Source: Azolla caroliniana
Taxonomy: Eukaryota; Plantae; Polypodiophyta
Reading direction: 5' to 3'
Assembly: GCA_043228905.1 (NCBI GenBank)
Contig: JBHGNT010000014.1
Span: forward strand, 5,518,001 to 5,582,000
DNA length: 64,000 nucleotides
The translations under genes were made by a program, and so were the position numbers. Every line of letters starts with the position of its first letter. Within the stretch, counting starts at the first letter, position 1. Under the pieces are notes generated by a model that ran no database searches, was not told where the DNA came from, and saw nothing but the letters and a program-made list of their open reading frames with translations. This document shows, piece after piece, positions 11,002 through 23,750 of the stretch.

Positions 11002-14000
11002 TACCTCTGCTAGCTCCGATCACCTCATCTTTCGACTCCTTTGCCACCCGTTCACATCAGGTTCACCAATTATGTCGTGTTGTTACGCGCGTGTGCATAG
11101 AAGGGGTGGGACCACGGGGGTCTTGGACCAAGGAGCGAGAGAGAGAGGGAGAGAGAGAGAAAGAGAGCGAGAGAATCACCAAATACACAGAAACAAGAAG
11201 GAGAGATATAGAACAGAACACTTAATTACAATAACAGGAGATTATAAAACTCCGACAGTTATAACCACCAAGGCGGCGATGGGCCCGACACGGGGACCCT
11301 ACTTACGCACACAGACGGAACACACGCCAAAGGAAAAGCCTCTGCTAGCAGCGCACGGCCTACCCACGAAGCAAAGGCGTCGAACTCCCCACACCCACAG
11401 AGAATGACGGTCGGAGGAGGAGAGAGAGTTCGGCCCTCGGTCCTGCAGCACTTCGTCCCCCTTAACGCGCGACCCCCCCCCCTTTCTTTAAATAGTTCCC
11501 TAAAAAAAAAGGGGTGCCCCTTTCCCTAGTCAAATCGCTTTATTCCCTGTCCCTTCTGATAGAGATACGCACAATCCCTCCTAATAAATGTGCACTACTT
11601 AGTATTTACATCAGTTGATCCATTTAGGAATCAATATCAAAAATATCAAGTCAGGCGTCCATCCGTGTAAGAGCCGGTTCATGTGCCTTTTTGCCAGAAT
11701 CCGCCTTTGGTCGGTTTTCTTCACGACATCGATTGCAGAGGAGGTTTTGAACCCTCGCGCTCTGATACCATGTAAACGATTACTTGCGGAAGCGTTAAAA
11801 AATAGAGAAGTTAGGGAATACACAGAGGACACAGGAGAGACAGAGAGAGCAGAAGTTCAAGGCTATATTCAAAAACGATAAAAACACTTTGTGTATACAA
11901 CTATGCTCAGTAGCATTATTTATACAAGTCCTCGTGGGACTGACAGAAGTACCGCGTACTTCAATGCTCACACGAGCATCTGACACTTACTACGAGACTA
12001 TAATTGCCTAGTAGTCTACACTAATACTGGGCTTCCGATTACTGATTGGATCCGGCTAACCAGCTCCCCAACTCACCGGCTCTGTTGCTTGCAGCTTACC
12101 GATCCGTCTCGCTTGCCGGCTCAGGCTTATTCAGCCGATCCGGCTCCAATTGAGCTTGCCGCTCAACAGAATTGGACCGAATGCTTCCCATCTTGGCTCT
12201 TGACCCTCGCATATGCCGACCCGTTGTCTAGCACCTTAGTCTCCATGCGAGCCACCGTGATTTATGGTTCACCCAAGATGACCGGGTGCGAGGACGTCTC
12301 TTGAACAAAGAAATGTTGATCTATTTCTACGTCCTCCACCTTCACACGTACATTCGGGCAAGCCCCGTATAGCTCCTCGGTTGCTCGGGTCGCCGCTCTA
12401 ATCTTCCACCCGTGCTTCGTGTTGATCATCCACTTTCCCTTTTTATAAAAGTCCATGGACATAAGGTTGATCTCAGAGCCATGGTCGATCAATGCTACAA
12501 CCGGTTCTTTTACATCTCCGACCCGTATCGGTGTCTCCGTTGTCGCTCTCGCCCAATGCGGCCTCGTGTAGTGACTGTCTACATAGTCTTCGTCTTCCTT
12601 GGGAACCTCAGTTAACAATGCATTTACAATCGCAGGCTTCGCTATTTCTTGCTCCGTCGAGAGCCACTTCCTCTTCATTAGGTCGATGATGACCTCGTGG
12701 AATTCTTTCCTGGAAATTCCAAGGACCCCTCATAGAGTAAACTCTACGTGACTATGGAGGAGCCTTTACTCCACTACCTTCTTCAAGTCCGTTGCTTGTT
12801 CGATCTCTGAGCAAAGCTTGAAGTTGGGGGGGTTCCCCTTCTCTTTCCATCTTTCGTCGCGTGCTTGAGACTGGTTCGGCTCTTCCCTTCTTCGTGCACC
12901 TCGAGCGTCGTATTTCCTTGATGGACCGGCTCCCTCGTCATTTCCCACCTTCTTCTCTCCTACCATTACTTCGTAGTTTTGGCAAGCGGCTTCCGCTAAG
13001 CATGTCTTTTCTTCCATTGGATCCTTCCACCCAGTTGCTTCTTGGACCCTTCTTTCCACTTCGTCCGTTTCTTCTCTTTTGAACTTTCCCTTAGAGAGGC
13101 TTCCAAGGATTGATAGCCAAAAGTCAAACTCTTTCTCCTCTTGCCTCCTCACCTCTTTCCCCACTCGGATCCCAGCCGACACCGAGTAGTGGATGGCTTC
13201 AACATGTCATGCTTCAGCCTCCTCCATTAGCCTTCTCGTGCCCCCTCGGCCTTGATTCAATCCCAAGGAGCGCCTTGTCTCCGTCGAATAGACCCTATTG
13301 TTCCAAAGATAGACAATATCCCTTCTTAAGGCCTCTCAAAAGTCTCCACACTCCCTTTGTAGGTGGTCGGGATTGTCGCACCACATACATCTTTGAGCAA
13401 ACGGGGGACGTCAATCTTGAGGGTCGCCACTCTCTCTCCTAGCTTCCGCTATTTGGAGATCTCGCACCATCTTTGTGAGCTCGTCAATTGCCGACCCTCC
13501 CGACGGTGCTTCAACCACGTTTCTCTCGGGGACAAACCTTGCATTTGCTTGCTCTCTTTCTTGAGGTGCTCTACCACCCCTGGGTTCATGTGTCTCACTA
13601 ATGGAGCCTGTGGATGTTTGGCCGCTCAACGGAGATCCGCCGTACCATTCCCTTCTCTTATCGAAGTGACTACAAACCCGTTTTACCATAGCCCAATCCG
13701 TCGTGAGCCCATCATCAGTTTCGAGGAGGAGCCCCACCTTCTCTCAGTCTGATGCATCAACAACCTTTATGAACAGTAGGACCTTGCTTGTGTCAAGCAC
13801 CATCCTATCGAGAGCTGAGAGTCAGCACGCTTCTCAAATTCTTGTAGAAGTACCATAGTATTTCTCCCCTTACCGGAAAGCTCAACCCACTCCATTGGAT
13901 CCCTTTTCGAAATTCTGAGTGAGCCATCAAGGCCATACTTCTCAAGGAATCTTTCTTCGAACTCCACCCATTTGCAACAGTCCGCTTGGATCTCGAGTAC

Positions 14001-14574
14001 CTCTGGGTGGATACTCAGCGTTACCACACTAATGAATCCGATTAGCCGCCTATCTTCGGGGACGTTTCACATAACCATTTCAGCCTTATAGGCATCCAAG
14101 TAGCTCGTGGTATCTTTTCCACAGAACCGACCCGTTGTGCTGACCACTGTCTCTATGGCCCGGTCTAGGCCGGTGATGCCTTCTCGGGCATTTACCAAGC
14201 GGTTCGCCGCCGCCACCATCGCTTCAAACAGTTCTCCTCCTCGCATCTTGGTTCTCCTTGCCGCCCTTTCACATCGGGTTCACCAATTTATGTCACGAAG
14301 TTTCGCGTGTGTGTGTTACTTGGGTGGGACCACGGGGGTCTTGGACTAGGGAGTACTCAAGGGATAGAGAAGACCCGAGGTTTGCTTTACGACAATACTA
14401 CTTCCTGACCCCTTCCCGAGCAAGGGCTCATTGCCCTTTTTTTTGTGAGGCTGGTGGCTCTCATTGATCACAACTCGTCGACCTTTCGAGATCACCGCAC
14501 GAGCCAAGTGATCAAACGGGTACAAGCAAGATGAGCATGCAAGATGAACGCACAAGGCGATGATGACACAAACA

Positions 14575-15375
14575 AGAATGCCCGTACCTCTTTATGAGGA
14601 GGGGTGCATGCCCAAGCCCGAACGCTCCCTCATCACAAGACGACCGAACATACAAGGAAGTCACAAACACACGTACAAATGCTCGTACGTCTTTATGAGG
14701 AGGAGAGGTGCATGGGCACACCCAAAATGCTCCCTCATCACAAGACGGCCGAACGTACAAGGAAGACACAAACACACACACAAAATGCTCGTAATCCTTT
14801 ATGAGGAGGAGAGGTGCATGGGCAAGCCCGAACGCTCCCTCGTCACGAGACGACCAAACATACAAGGAAGACATAAACACACGCACAAAATGCTCATACA
14901 TCTTTATGAGGAGGAGAGGTGCATGGGCAAGCCCGAAATGGTCCCTCGTCACAAGACGGCCGAATGTACAAGGAAAACACAAACACACGCACAAATGCTC
15001 GTATGTGTTTAAAAGCTCCCTCGTCACAAGACGGCCGAACGTACAAGGAAGACACAAACACATGCACAAATGCTTGTATGCCTTTATGAGGAGGAGAGGT
15101 GCATGGGCAAGCCCGAAATGGTCCCTCATCACAAGACAGCCGAACGTACAAGGAAAACACAAACACACGCACAAAATGCTCGTACGCCTTTATGAGGAGG
15201 AGAGGTGCATGGGCACGCCCAAAACGGTCCCTCGTCACAAGACGGCCGAACATACAAGGAAGACACAAACACACGCACAAATGCTCCTACGTCTTTATGA
15301 GGAGGAGAGGTGCATGGGCACGCCCGAAACAGTCCCTTGTCACAAGACAGCCGAACGTACAAGGAAGACACGAAC
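14575..15375. repeat. ~105-bp tandem repeat, ~7.5 copies, within the A2 LTR
   Basis: TTTATGAGGAGGAGAGGTGCATGGGC recurs at ~14592, 14693, 14798, 14903, 15083, 15189 and 15294; one unit is shortened by ~30 bp. Confidence 0.9.
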
Positions 15376-16134
15376 AAAGAAAGAAGGAAAGAAAGAAACA
15401 CGAATGATATCGGCCAAAGAAATAAATACGTGTTTGATTCCAACGCAAGAGGACCCTTTATAAAATAGGGTTTGATTACAATGGCAACATATAGTTAACC
15501 ACAAGCTGAATCAAAACATAAATACTAAATGCCCTTAGAGACAAGAGCAAATCCAAGCATGGCGAAGATGAACACACGAGCACCACCAAAACGCCAATCC
15601 CAACGAACCACGACCACCCGAACGGCGAGCACACGGTCTCGCAACGACGAACGGGGCGGAGCAACATCGAACCAACGAATATTGGGCTCATGAGCACTTC
15701 GAGTGCCGACGCGAAGAAGACGAGCACGTGGCGATGGGGGGATGAAGGGGTATGAGATGAAGAGTAGTGAATAAGAAGATGAGGAGCTCCGAAGGAAAAA
15801 ATAGCGATAGTCTTCTCCTCCCAAACATCCTCTCGAATGAGCCTCCCTCGACCTCCTTTTATAGGGAAAAAAGGAAGGGGGGTCGCTAATTTCGTCTTTA
15901 ATGCAAAAAGGAATAAAATTCCTTAAATCACGCTGCATTGTATGACTAGATTTGAACCATGCACCTCTAGCTAGAAGTCAATGTGACTATCAACTAGCCC
16001 ATTAACTCTCTCTTATAGAATATATGATTCTATCTTTATAAATTCTTAGCCAGTCTCCCCTCTACTTTTTATCTCTCCTCTCTCTTACTTTTTACACAGG
16101 CTGCTATGCATCCTTTCCATCCTTTCTTTTCCCC

Positions 16135-18772
16135 ACCATCAAGAGCAATCAGGCTCGAAGTGCCACAAGCACTATGGTGTGGCAAACAGCCAACCTACGA
16201 TAGCCTCTGTATATTCGGATGTGAAGCCTACGCGTTCATCCCTAGGGACAAAAGGACGACGCTGGCACCTCATGCAACGAAGTGCATATTTCTCGGTTAT
16301 GGAATCGATGGGGACTTCGGCTACCGGCTATGGAACCCTGAGAACCAGAAACTGATCCGGAGCGATGACGTGGTCTTCAATGAAGACTCTATCTTTTCTC
16401 AGAGGAACCAACAAAAAAGAGCTGGTAAGAAGGTATCCTTCGAAGACGACTTAACTGTCATAGAAGGACCATCCCACCGAGCCGAATCAGAGAGTCAACA
16501 AACAGTTGAATTCCAACCAACTGACCACTTCCCTGCCAACACTAAATTGGCAACAAGTCCCATCGTCGAACTCAAAGAAAAAGTCATCAAAGACATAGCA
16601 GAATCGACAAGGATCAATAAAGGCAGAGTCACCAAGAGGCAACATCTCAGCACCCAGGAGATCTGGACGAGCTCGAAGGCAAACAGAGTTCTATCAACCG
16701 GGCCTTGACTACGTCAACTACACGAATGCATGCGAACCAAGCAGGCATGAAGAAGCTATGGCCGCACCGGACGCCAAAACATGGCTACAAGCCATGAAAT
16801 CCGAAATGGACACGATTCACCAAAATCAGACATGGGAGCTGGTCAAACTACCAGCAAGAGGAAAGCCTCTACCTTGCAAATGGGTGTTCCGATACAAGTA
16901 TGTATCCAACTCAGAGAAACCCAAGTACAAAGCTCGGCTTGTCGCAAAGGGATTCAAACAAGAATATGGGGTCGACTATGACGAGATATTCTCACCAGTA
17001 GTCAAGATGATCACCCTTCGACTCCTATTAGGAGTTGTGGCGACAGAAGCCCTCGAGCTCGACCAGATGGATGTAAAGAGGACATTTCTACACGGAGATC
17101 TGGAAGCAGACATATACATGTCTCAACCAGCAGGCTTCACGGCGATGGGGGAGGATAATCACCTCGTATGTCGACTAAAGAAAAGTCTATATGGACTCAA
17201 ACAAGTGTCGAGGATGTGGTACCAGAAGTTTGACTCCTACATACGGCAGCTTGGATACAACAAATGAGACTCTAACCCATGCATGTATGTTCGGCAACTG
17301 GTTGACGAGTCCAGGATCTACCTGATCCTATATGTCGATGACATGTTGATTGTAGGGAGCAATCAAGCAGAGATCCGTAAGCTGAAGCAGAGCCTTCAAA
17401 CAAAATTCATGATGAAGGAACTCAGACAAGCCCGACACATACTAGGCATGAGGATAGAGTGAAATCGGATGACCAAAACTCTCTGACTCTCCTAGTCCGA
17501 ATACATCCGCAAGGTGCTGAAGCGCTTCAACATGGAAAATGTGAAGCCAGCACCGACACCGCTTCCGACGTCGATCAGACTATCGGACAGAGACTCTCCT
17601 TCAACGAACAAGGAGAGAGAGCTTAATGGAAAGATTGCTGACTCATCAGTTGTAGGAAGTATCATGTACGCAATGGTGGTGACCCGACCCGACCTAGCCT
17701 ATGCCGTAGGGGTGGTCAGTCGGTACATGTCAAACCTAGGAAGGAAGCATTGGGAGGCCTTCAAGCACATCCTTAGGTATCTGAAGGGAACTATGGATGC
17801 ACAGTTGACTTTCGGACTGACAACCCTAGCCGAAATCGAAGGCTACACTGATTCCGACTATGCTGGAAATACAGATAATCGGAAATCAACATCAAGCTAC
17901 ATCTTCACCTATGGTGACGGTGCAATATCATGGAGGTCAAAACTTCAAGAGTGCACGGCTCTGTCTACCATAGAAGTCGAGTACATAGCAGCTAAAGAAG
18001 CGATCTGGTTGCACCGACTGTCTGCCAACTTCAAAACTGCAAGCCGAATCGACCGACCAACGTCAACCATCTATTGCGACTCATAGAGTGCAATACACCT
18101 CATCAAAAATCTCGTCTACCATGCGAAGAAGAAGCACATTGAGGTGCAGTATCATCATATCCAGGAGCTCGTGACAGAGAAGAAGCTCGAAGTCCGGAAG
18201 ATCGACACCAAGGTGAACATCGTCGATTGCCTAACGAAGCCACTCCCAAATCAACGCTTCGGAACACTAAGGAAGGAGATGGGACTATGACAAGAGACCG
18301 AGCAGAAGAAAGCCAAACGAGGAGCAGAAGGTAAGAGCTTATCGACACTCATACTATACCTTTGCCGACTCGGCTACTTGCCGACAGACTTGTAACATAA
18401 AACCTAGTTCAATTTTGTAATCTACGTTTACGGGGGAGATAACCCCAAGCACTTGTATATGTATGAAAGAGTAGTCCTTTTACGGGAGAGTTTGTTGGCA
18501 TAAAAGGCCGACTCCTTCCAAATTGTATGCGTCCAAGTGTGAACTCATTAATAAGTTAGGACTTAGAATATAAGCAAATATCTAACATTGTAAAAAGTGA
18601 CGAGTGGAAGAGAGATGAAGAGACAGAGAACTGATTCTCTGGTTCTGCATATTGTATCTCTAAGAGAGAGTGAGAACGAAGCAATAAAGTTTTCCATTAA
18701 ATCTTGCACTATGTAATTCTACGCCTATTCTATCTTTCTGACTACGTTGTTTGTTGTTCATAATCGACAACA
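16135..18772 (+). mobile_element. 5'-truncated degenerate Copia element (INT C-terminus, RT, RNase H, 3' LTR)
   Basis: FGCEAYAFIP...CIFLGYG; [11 protein letters not shown]; QMDVK; YVDD (~17330); GYTDSDYAG; PPT ~18483-18490; LTR 18493-18772 (TGTTG...CAACA). Confidence 0.85.
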
Positions 18773-18828
18773 AATCCATACATGTTTCCGCAAAACGCAC
18801 TCGTTGTCAACAGGTAGCTCAATACAAG

Positions 18829-19455
18829 CTATGGGAGCCTTCGTTCTCTCCCCGAAAGTAGAATGCATGATGGAGAGTGAAATAATTCAACTTAGACAAG
18901 AATCCTTTGTGTTGAAAGTGGTGGGTAGTCGACCTAATAGAGTGTTGTTGCGTGACTGGCTGCGGAGCTTCCTACAAGAAGACCTTGGCAAAATGAAGGA
19001 CATCACATTTATGGGAAAGGGGTTTTACCATGTCACGGTGATGCCTGAAACAAATATATGCAAAATTATCGAGAGCAGCCCGTTGACATGGCACAATGCA
19101 AGAGCCTATGTATTCAAATGGGATGCAAACTTCGACATGTGTAAAACATATGCTTGTATAGGCAATCTAGCAGTGATAATAGCCTTTTTCTCTAGTTTAC
19201 CTAAGCAATGAGAGTCCTTTCTCCCGGCCATTGGAAAAATTATGGGAGGGCAATGCTTGGAAAAAACATTAGTAGAGAGAATAAGTTAAACATCGAGAGT
19301 CAAATAAATTTTCTCTAATGTAAAGGCCCTACCACAATAGATGTTGCTTAGCAACAAACAAATGTCGGACCATGTACAAACAGTGGAATATGCCGGACTC
19401 CTAGAGCAATGCTTTGTATGTAGAGAAATGGGGCATATGGCCTAAGAATGCCCTT
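18829..19455 (+). mobile_element. LINE (L1-like) ORF1 remnant
   Basis: DUF4283-like stretch (FVLKVVGSRP...GKGFYHV...VFKWD..F...LP) followed by knuckle CFVCREMGHMA*EC at ~19410-19452. Confidence 0.65.
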
Positions 19456-20769
19456 AGGCTAGAGGTAAGGAGAACATGCATCGTAGAAATGACAAGAAGT
19501 TGGATGCAACAAAACAATTTGAGAATAAACCATGCAATGTGTATGAATGAAGATTGATGGAAATATAACAAATATGAAGTTCGGATAAAGAATGGCTTCC
19601 ACTTAGGAACAAATATGAAGTCTTAACCTTAGAGGACAATGAAAACACAACTAATGAAAGGGAAGCAAGAATGAAGACAAATCTAGAGGGCAACTATGTG
19701 AGAGCTATTAATGATACACAGAAATTGCAGCAGGAAGACGACTTGTTAGTGGATGATATTGACCAGATGCATCATGAAATTATGGATGAGGTAGGAGAAA
19801 TAAGTATAAGAAAGTTTGTCATCCCCTTGAAAGAGCAAGCTAAGTCACTAGTGACAACCCAACATATTAAGGGGATAACAAAAATGAAAAGGCACATGCG
19901 TGCTAGAAAAGAGGAGGAGAATGGGATGTAGAAAAATAAAGGTATGTGTAAATGTCCTAGAGTGAAATGGAATTTTCAATACAAAGTTATTCCCCTATCA
20001 AATACTGGACAATAGATCAAACTAAAACTGACCGACAAAAAGTGGTTCAAGGAAATGTGTGGAATTGAGATGAGGAAGGATAGCATGTGTAGAGTCAATA
20101 CCTATGATAATTGTGATGACAAAGGCTAGATTGTTGGACTGTCCTATATTTTGGTCCTTGGAAATAAGGAACCCCACAATAGAGAAGAAGCATTGGGATG
20201 GGTGGAACAACAAATGGGTGCTCATGTAGACTCATCATATGGTACCGCAATACGTGTGAAAATGAAAAGACAATGGAAAGATGCCATGATATGGAGTTCA
20301 GGCAAGGCGAATGAGCAAGGGATATGCTACATAAATGTGAAATTTAGGAACCTTCCTAGAATGATCACGGAGTTCATGGTATACCATCCTGAAATGTTGA
20401 CACAATTGAAAGAGGAAAATCTCCAAGATAGGATCTTAGCTAACCTAGTGGAAGCTGAAAATGCATTGGTTGGGCCAAAAATGATGCATGTTATATGCTA
20501 AAATGAATCTTAGCTTGCGAACATGGAACATACAAGGATTTGGTGGCATCTAATTCCAGATGAAGAATCATGTATTGGTTGTTGAAATTTAGTGTTGCAA
20601 TGGTGTAGGAGCACTATCTAAATGGGAATAAGATTGGCAAAATTGGAAACATTTGCCCTAGGAGTTGGACCAATACATGGTCCGCAACTATGGGGGATAG
20701 ACAGATTCGTGGGGGAGTACTTACAACAATGAAAACTAAGTTTAATGCAACATGCACAAGAAGAGGGAG

Positions 20770-22080
20770 TGTCAAGGTACTAGAGATGTAGAGAAGAGAG
20801 GAAAGATTGTGTGAGGATCACGAGAGAGATAGAGAGAGAGAAAGAGATAGAGTGTGGAAGACAGAAGTATGATACCAGAAAATATATTATATAACAAAGA
20901 GTACAAAGATAGCTATGGGGCTTAAAACTGGCATTGAACCGAATTGGTTTTGAATAATGTTATATGCCTCTATTTATAGTATCATTAGGAGTATTCTTGA
21001 AGTTTCTAGAATGTTACAGAGTAATCTAGAGTATACATAATTTTCTATAATGAAATAATAAATGAAAATAATATTTTTTGTATCGCAGTTGTTATCATAG
21101 TGGTATGGCCTCAAGCCATGTAACATAATGTCAAGGGTTCAACTCCTTTTGGGACCATATCATGACACTATCCCCCCCTTTAAACTACAAGTGTTACAAG
21201 TCGTCTTTTATTAAGGACCTAGTTTTTCTAAATATTGTCGATGGAAATTCTCAAGAAGAGCTTGGGCATTGACCACATTCTCTATTGGTTCCCAATTGTG
21301 ATCGCTTGGATTATATCCTAACCAATCTACCAAATAGTAGAGCTTGTTGCGAACAATCTTGGAATCGAGGATGATAGAAAATTCGTACTCAGCTCCATCT
21401 TCAAGTTTGATCAGTGGTGCAGGTGGTGTAATACGATTAGGAATAGGGCTTTCCTGACATGGTTCTAGGAGAGAACTATGAAATACCAGATGTATCCGTA
21501 ATTGTGGATGTAGATCAAGGCAAAAAGTGACATCATTATTTTTCCGTTAATAGGGAAAGGGCCTAACCTTTGATAATCCAATTTGGCACATGATCGAGTA
21601 GTCTTTATGTGCCGTTGTAATCGCCACACTCGATCTCCAATATCAAAACAGGATGGAAGCCGATGACAATCAACGTAGTCCTTCGGTGTTTGTTGGGTTT
21701 GATGTAGATCGGTAGATAGTTCTGCCTGAATCTTGCATAGTTGCTCCAAAGGATCCTGTGCACACGGATTTGTGGGTAACCCTAGTAGAAGATTGGATAG
21801 AATTATTAAGCAAATTCGGCAAAGTGTAATCTGACTACCAAATCATGTTATTGATAGCTTAGGAAACATCAAAGATATTGCTCTAGTGTTTGATTTGTAC
21901 ATTCTAATTGTCCATTTGTTTGGGGATGGTAGTCAAAGGAGAAATTCCAAGTGAACTTGAGCATTTTGAAGAGATGCTTCCAACATTTAGATATGAATTG
22001 AGGTCCATGATCACTAATGTTGTTGTCAGGAAGACCATGGTGCCGAAATACTTCACGCATCACGATACCTACGGTGCTCT
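20770..22080 (-). mobile_element. Chromovirus (Gypsy) 3' fragment: integrase, chromodomain, PPT, LTR
   Basis: LTR 20770-21167 (TGTCA...TGACA); PPT ~21168-21180; chromodomain EYEFSIILDSK...LYYLVDWLGY...NWEP at ~21225-21392; INT motifs HGLP..ISDHGPQF, YHPQTNGQ.E, KLDYQRLGPF. Confidence 0.85.
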
Positions 22081-22999
22081 TTACAAGTGATCTCTTTATT
22101 ACAAGGCAAGAAATGCACCATGTTAGTATATCGATTGTTGGCCGCCTACGACGACCAAGTGTGAAACGTCGAAGCAAAGTGGACAAAGTGAAGCGGAAAG
22201 CCATGTATGAAACGACGCAGCAGAGCAAACAAGGGGCGTGTAACAGAAAGATGGGTAAGGCCGCGGAGAAAGTGTAACAGATGGAAAGTAATTATGAGAG
22301 AGAGTGAGAAAGAGAGTGGTTCACGCTTAGTTGTAACCCCCCATTCCCTATATGAAGGGCATGGAAAGCCTTTAAAAAGTTAGTCGTAAATTTGTAGACA
22401 TGCTCAAGTAATATACACTTTTCTTGGCTGAATATTTGCGCCAGTGTCTATTGTAATGGTGTATATCCATGCCGTAATCTGTGGTTGAGTTTTCCTCTAT
22501 GTTGCGCACTCGTACTCTGTGTTGAGTACTTTATCCCCTACCGGCGGAGGCCAATGTGCGGAGCTCCACAACCTCCCAATTACGTTGAGCGCCCATTACG
22601 ACTCTATCGCAATACGACTCACACACCTCCGCCTGTTCCACAGTCACCTTGAGCTAGTTATCGTAGGAACGCATAACAACATCCTGTCTACCGAACCCGG
22701 TAACACTTTTGGCATGCCTGTTGGATCTGTGCAAGCACAATGAATGTCAGCGGATGCATTTCTAGTCTCCGCAGCAACAACGGAAAAAGCAGCCACCGAC
22801 CTCTTACTCGCGTCAAGGCTAAGAGGATACTAGAGGCTCCCATCATCGACAACACCAACCAGATTAATGTGAAGCTTTACCATTACACTAACATATCATT
22901 AGTACTAAAAAAGTAGACGTCCCACATAGAAAGGTAAGTGCACACTAGGATAAACTTTAGTTAGAAGAAAACGCATGATAAAAGAAAAAGCTACACATG

Positions 23000-23750
23000 C
23001 ACATCTAACATGCATGAACACTATAGTCGATAAAAACACATCAAGTTAGAAAAAGCATGATTACTTTAGAAAAAGCATATAGTTTGTTGATAGAAAAAGC
23101 ATAGATTGCAAAGACTCTCTCATCATTATATAAGGATGGGGAGCACAATGTAATAGGGGGTGTGAAATATTTGGAAATTGGATATATTTCTAAAAGACAC
23201 CAATTAATAAAATATAATCGTGGGATTCACGAAATAAACTATACTCGTGGAATTCACGAGATTTCTATATCCTTCTCTTTCAATCTAAATTCATATTCTT
23301 ACATAAATATTGATTAATATAATACTTGTGGGATTCACAAGGTTTGATCTCTTTTCTCAATCTACTTTAATCTATTCTAAACTATTTCAATTTATTACTA
23401 ACATTAAGATAAACTAAAACGACTATACTTGTGGGATTCACAAGTTTCTATCTCTCATTTATATAATCTATTCATAATTAGACTCGTCTCAAATTCTTCC
23501 TCCTCCTAGTCCAAAACCCCAGCAGTTCCCACCCGACTCACGCAACGATCTGGCGCTGAAAGGCACGACCCCGTTCTGTACTTAATATAATTAATCTTAC
23601 GCGTGTGTTACGATCATTAACAATGTCGATTAGTAACCGGTTAAGACCCATTCGATACCACGATCTATCCATATCTCATCGTACCACCCTTTGGTGAAGT
23701 GTTCCATAGGGACACCCTGTGTTAGGGCTTGTCCAGCCTAAAGGATAACA
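23000..23750 (+). repeat. LTR-like sequence related to the element C LTR; left boundary uncertain
   Basis: 23680-23750 is similar to the reverse complement of 1942-2012 and ends ...GGATAACA; contains four palindromic motifs. Confidence 0.55.

Larger units (their letters stand above)
4765..11728 (-). mobile_element. Gypsy family A, copy A1 (near full length, inactivated), inserted in Copia B
   Basis: LTRs 4765-5397 (terminal ~6 nt lost) and 11073-11728 (TGTCGTG...CACGACA); Trp PBS 11051-11068; gag with CMWCDAISH..DC knuckle, protease VDHGSEIN, RT (FLDD), RNase H, integrase (CESCQ, DLV, YNPEANGKV, RWFGPY) in Gypsy order; stops and frameshifts present. Confidence 0.9.
3414..12168 (-). mobile_element. 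Ty1/Copia element 'B', internally deleted, inserted in A2
   Basis: LTRs 3414-3798 and 11771-12168 (TGT...AACA); TSD GAATT at 3409-3413 and 12169-12173; Met PBS 11759-11770 (TGGTATCAGAGC on -); PPT ~3799-3810; RNase H remnant ~4330-4764 ([28 protein letters not shown]). Confidence 0.9.
2402..16100 (-). mobile_element. Gypsy family A, copy A2 (oldest layer of the nest), split into 2402-3413 and 12174 to ~16100
   Basis: RT start (PKKNDTLRFIQDLQPIN), linker and protease C-terminus at 2402-3413; protease (IDHGSEINLMS) and gag at 12174-14220; Trp PBS 14268-14285; LTR starting TGTCACG at 14291, far end not found. The two halves are joined by the GAATT TSD of the inserted Copia. Confidence 0.8.

Noticed and set aside
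5600-11013. Long plus-strand ORFs antisense to Gypsy gag-pol
   Set aside because: Shadow ORFs of GC-rich coding sequence with no recognisable motifs.
14575-15375. CRISPR-like array or repeat-protein ORFs
   Set aside because: Whole units are repeated with no unique spacers, the context is a eukaryotic LTR, and ORFs appear in several frames as a by-product of the 105-bp period.
23218-23444. CRISPR array from spaced palindromes
   Set aside because: Repeats are only ~17 bp, spacing is irregular and there are no cas genes.
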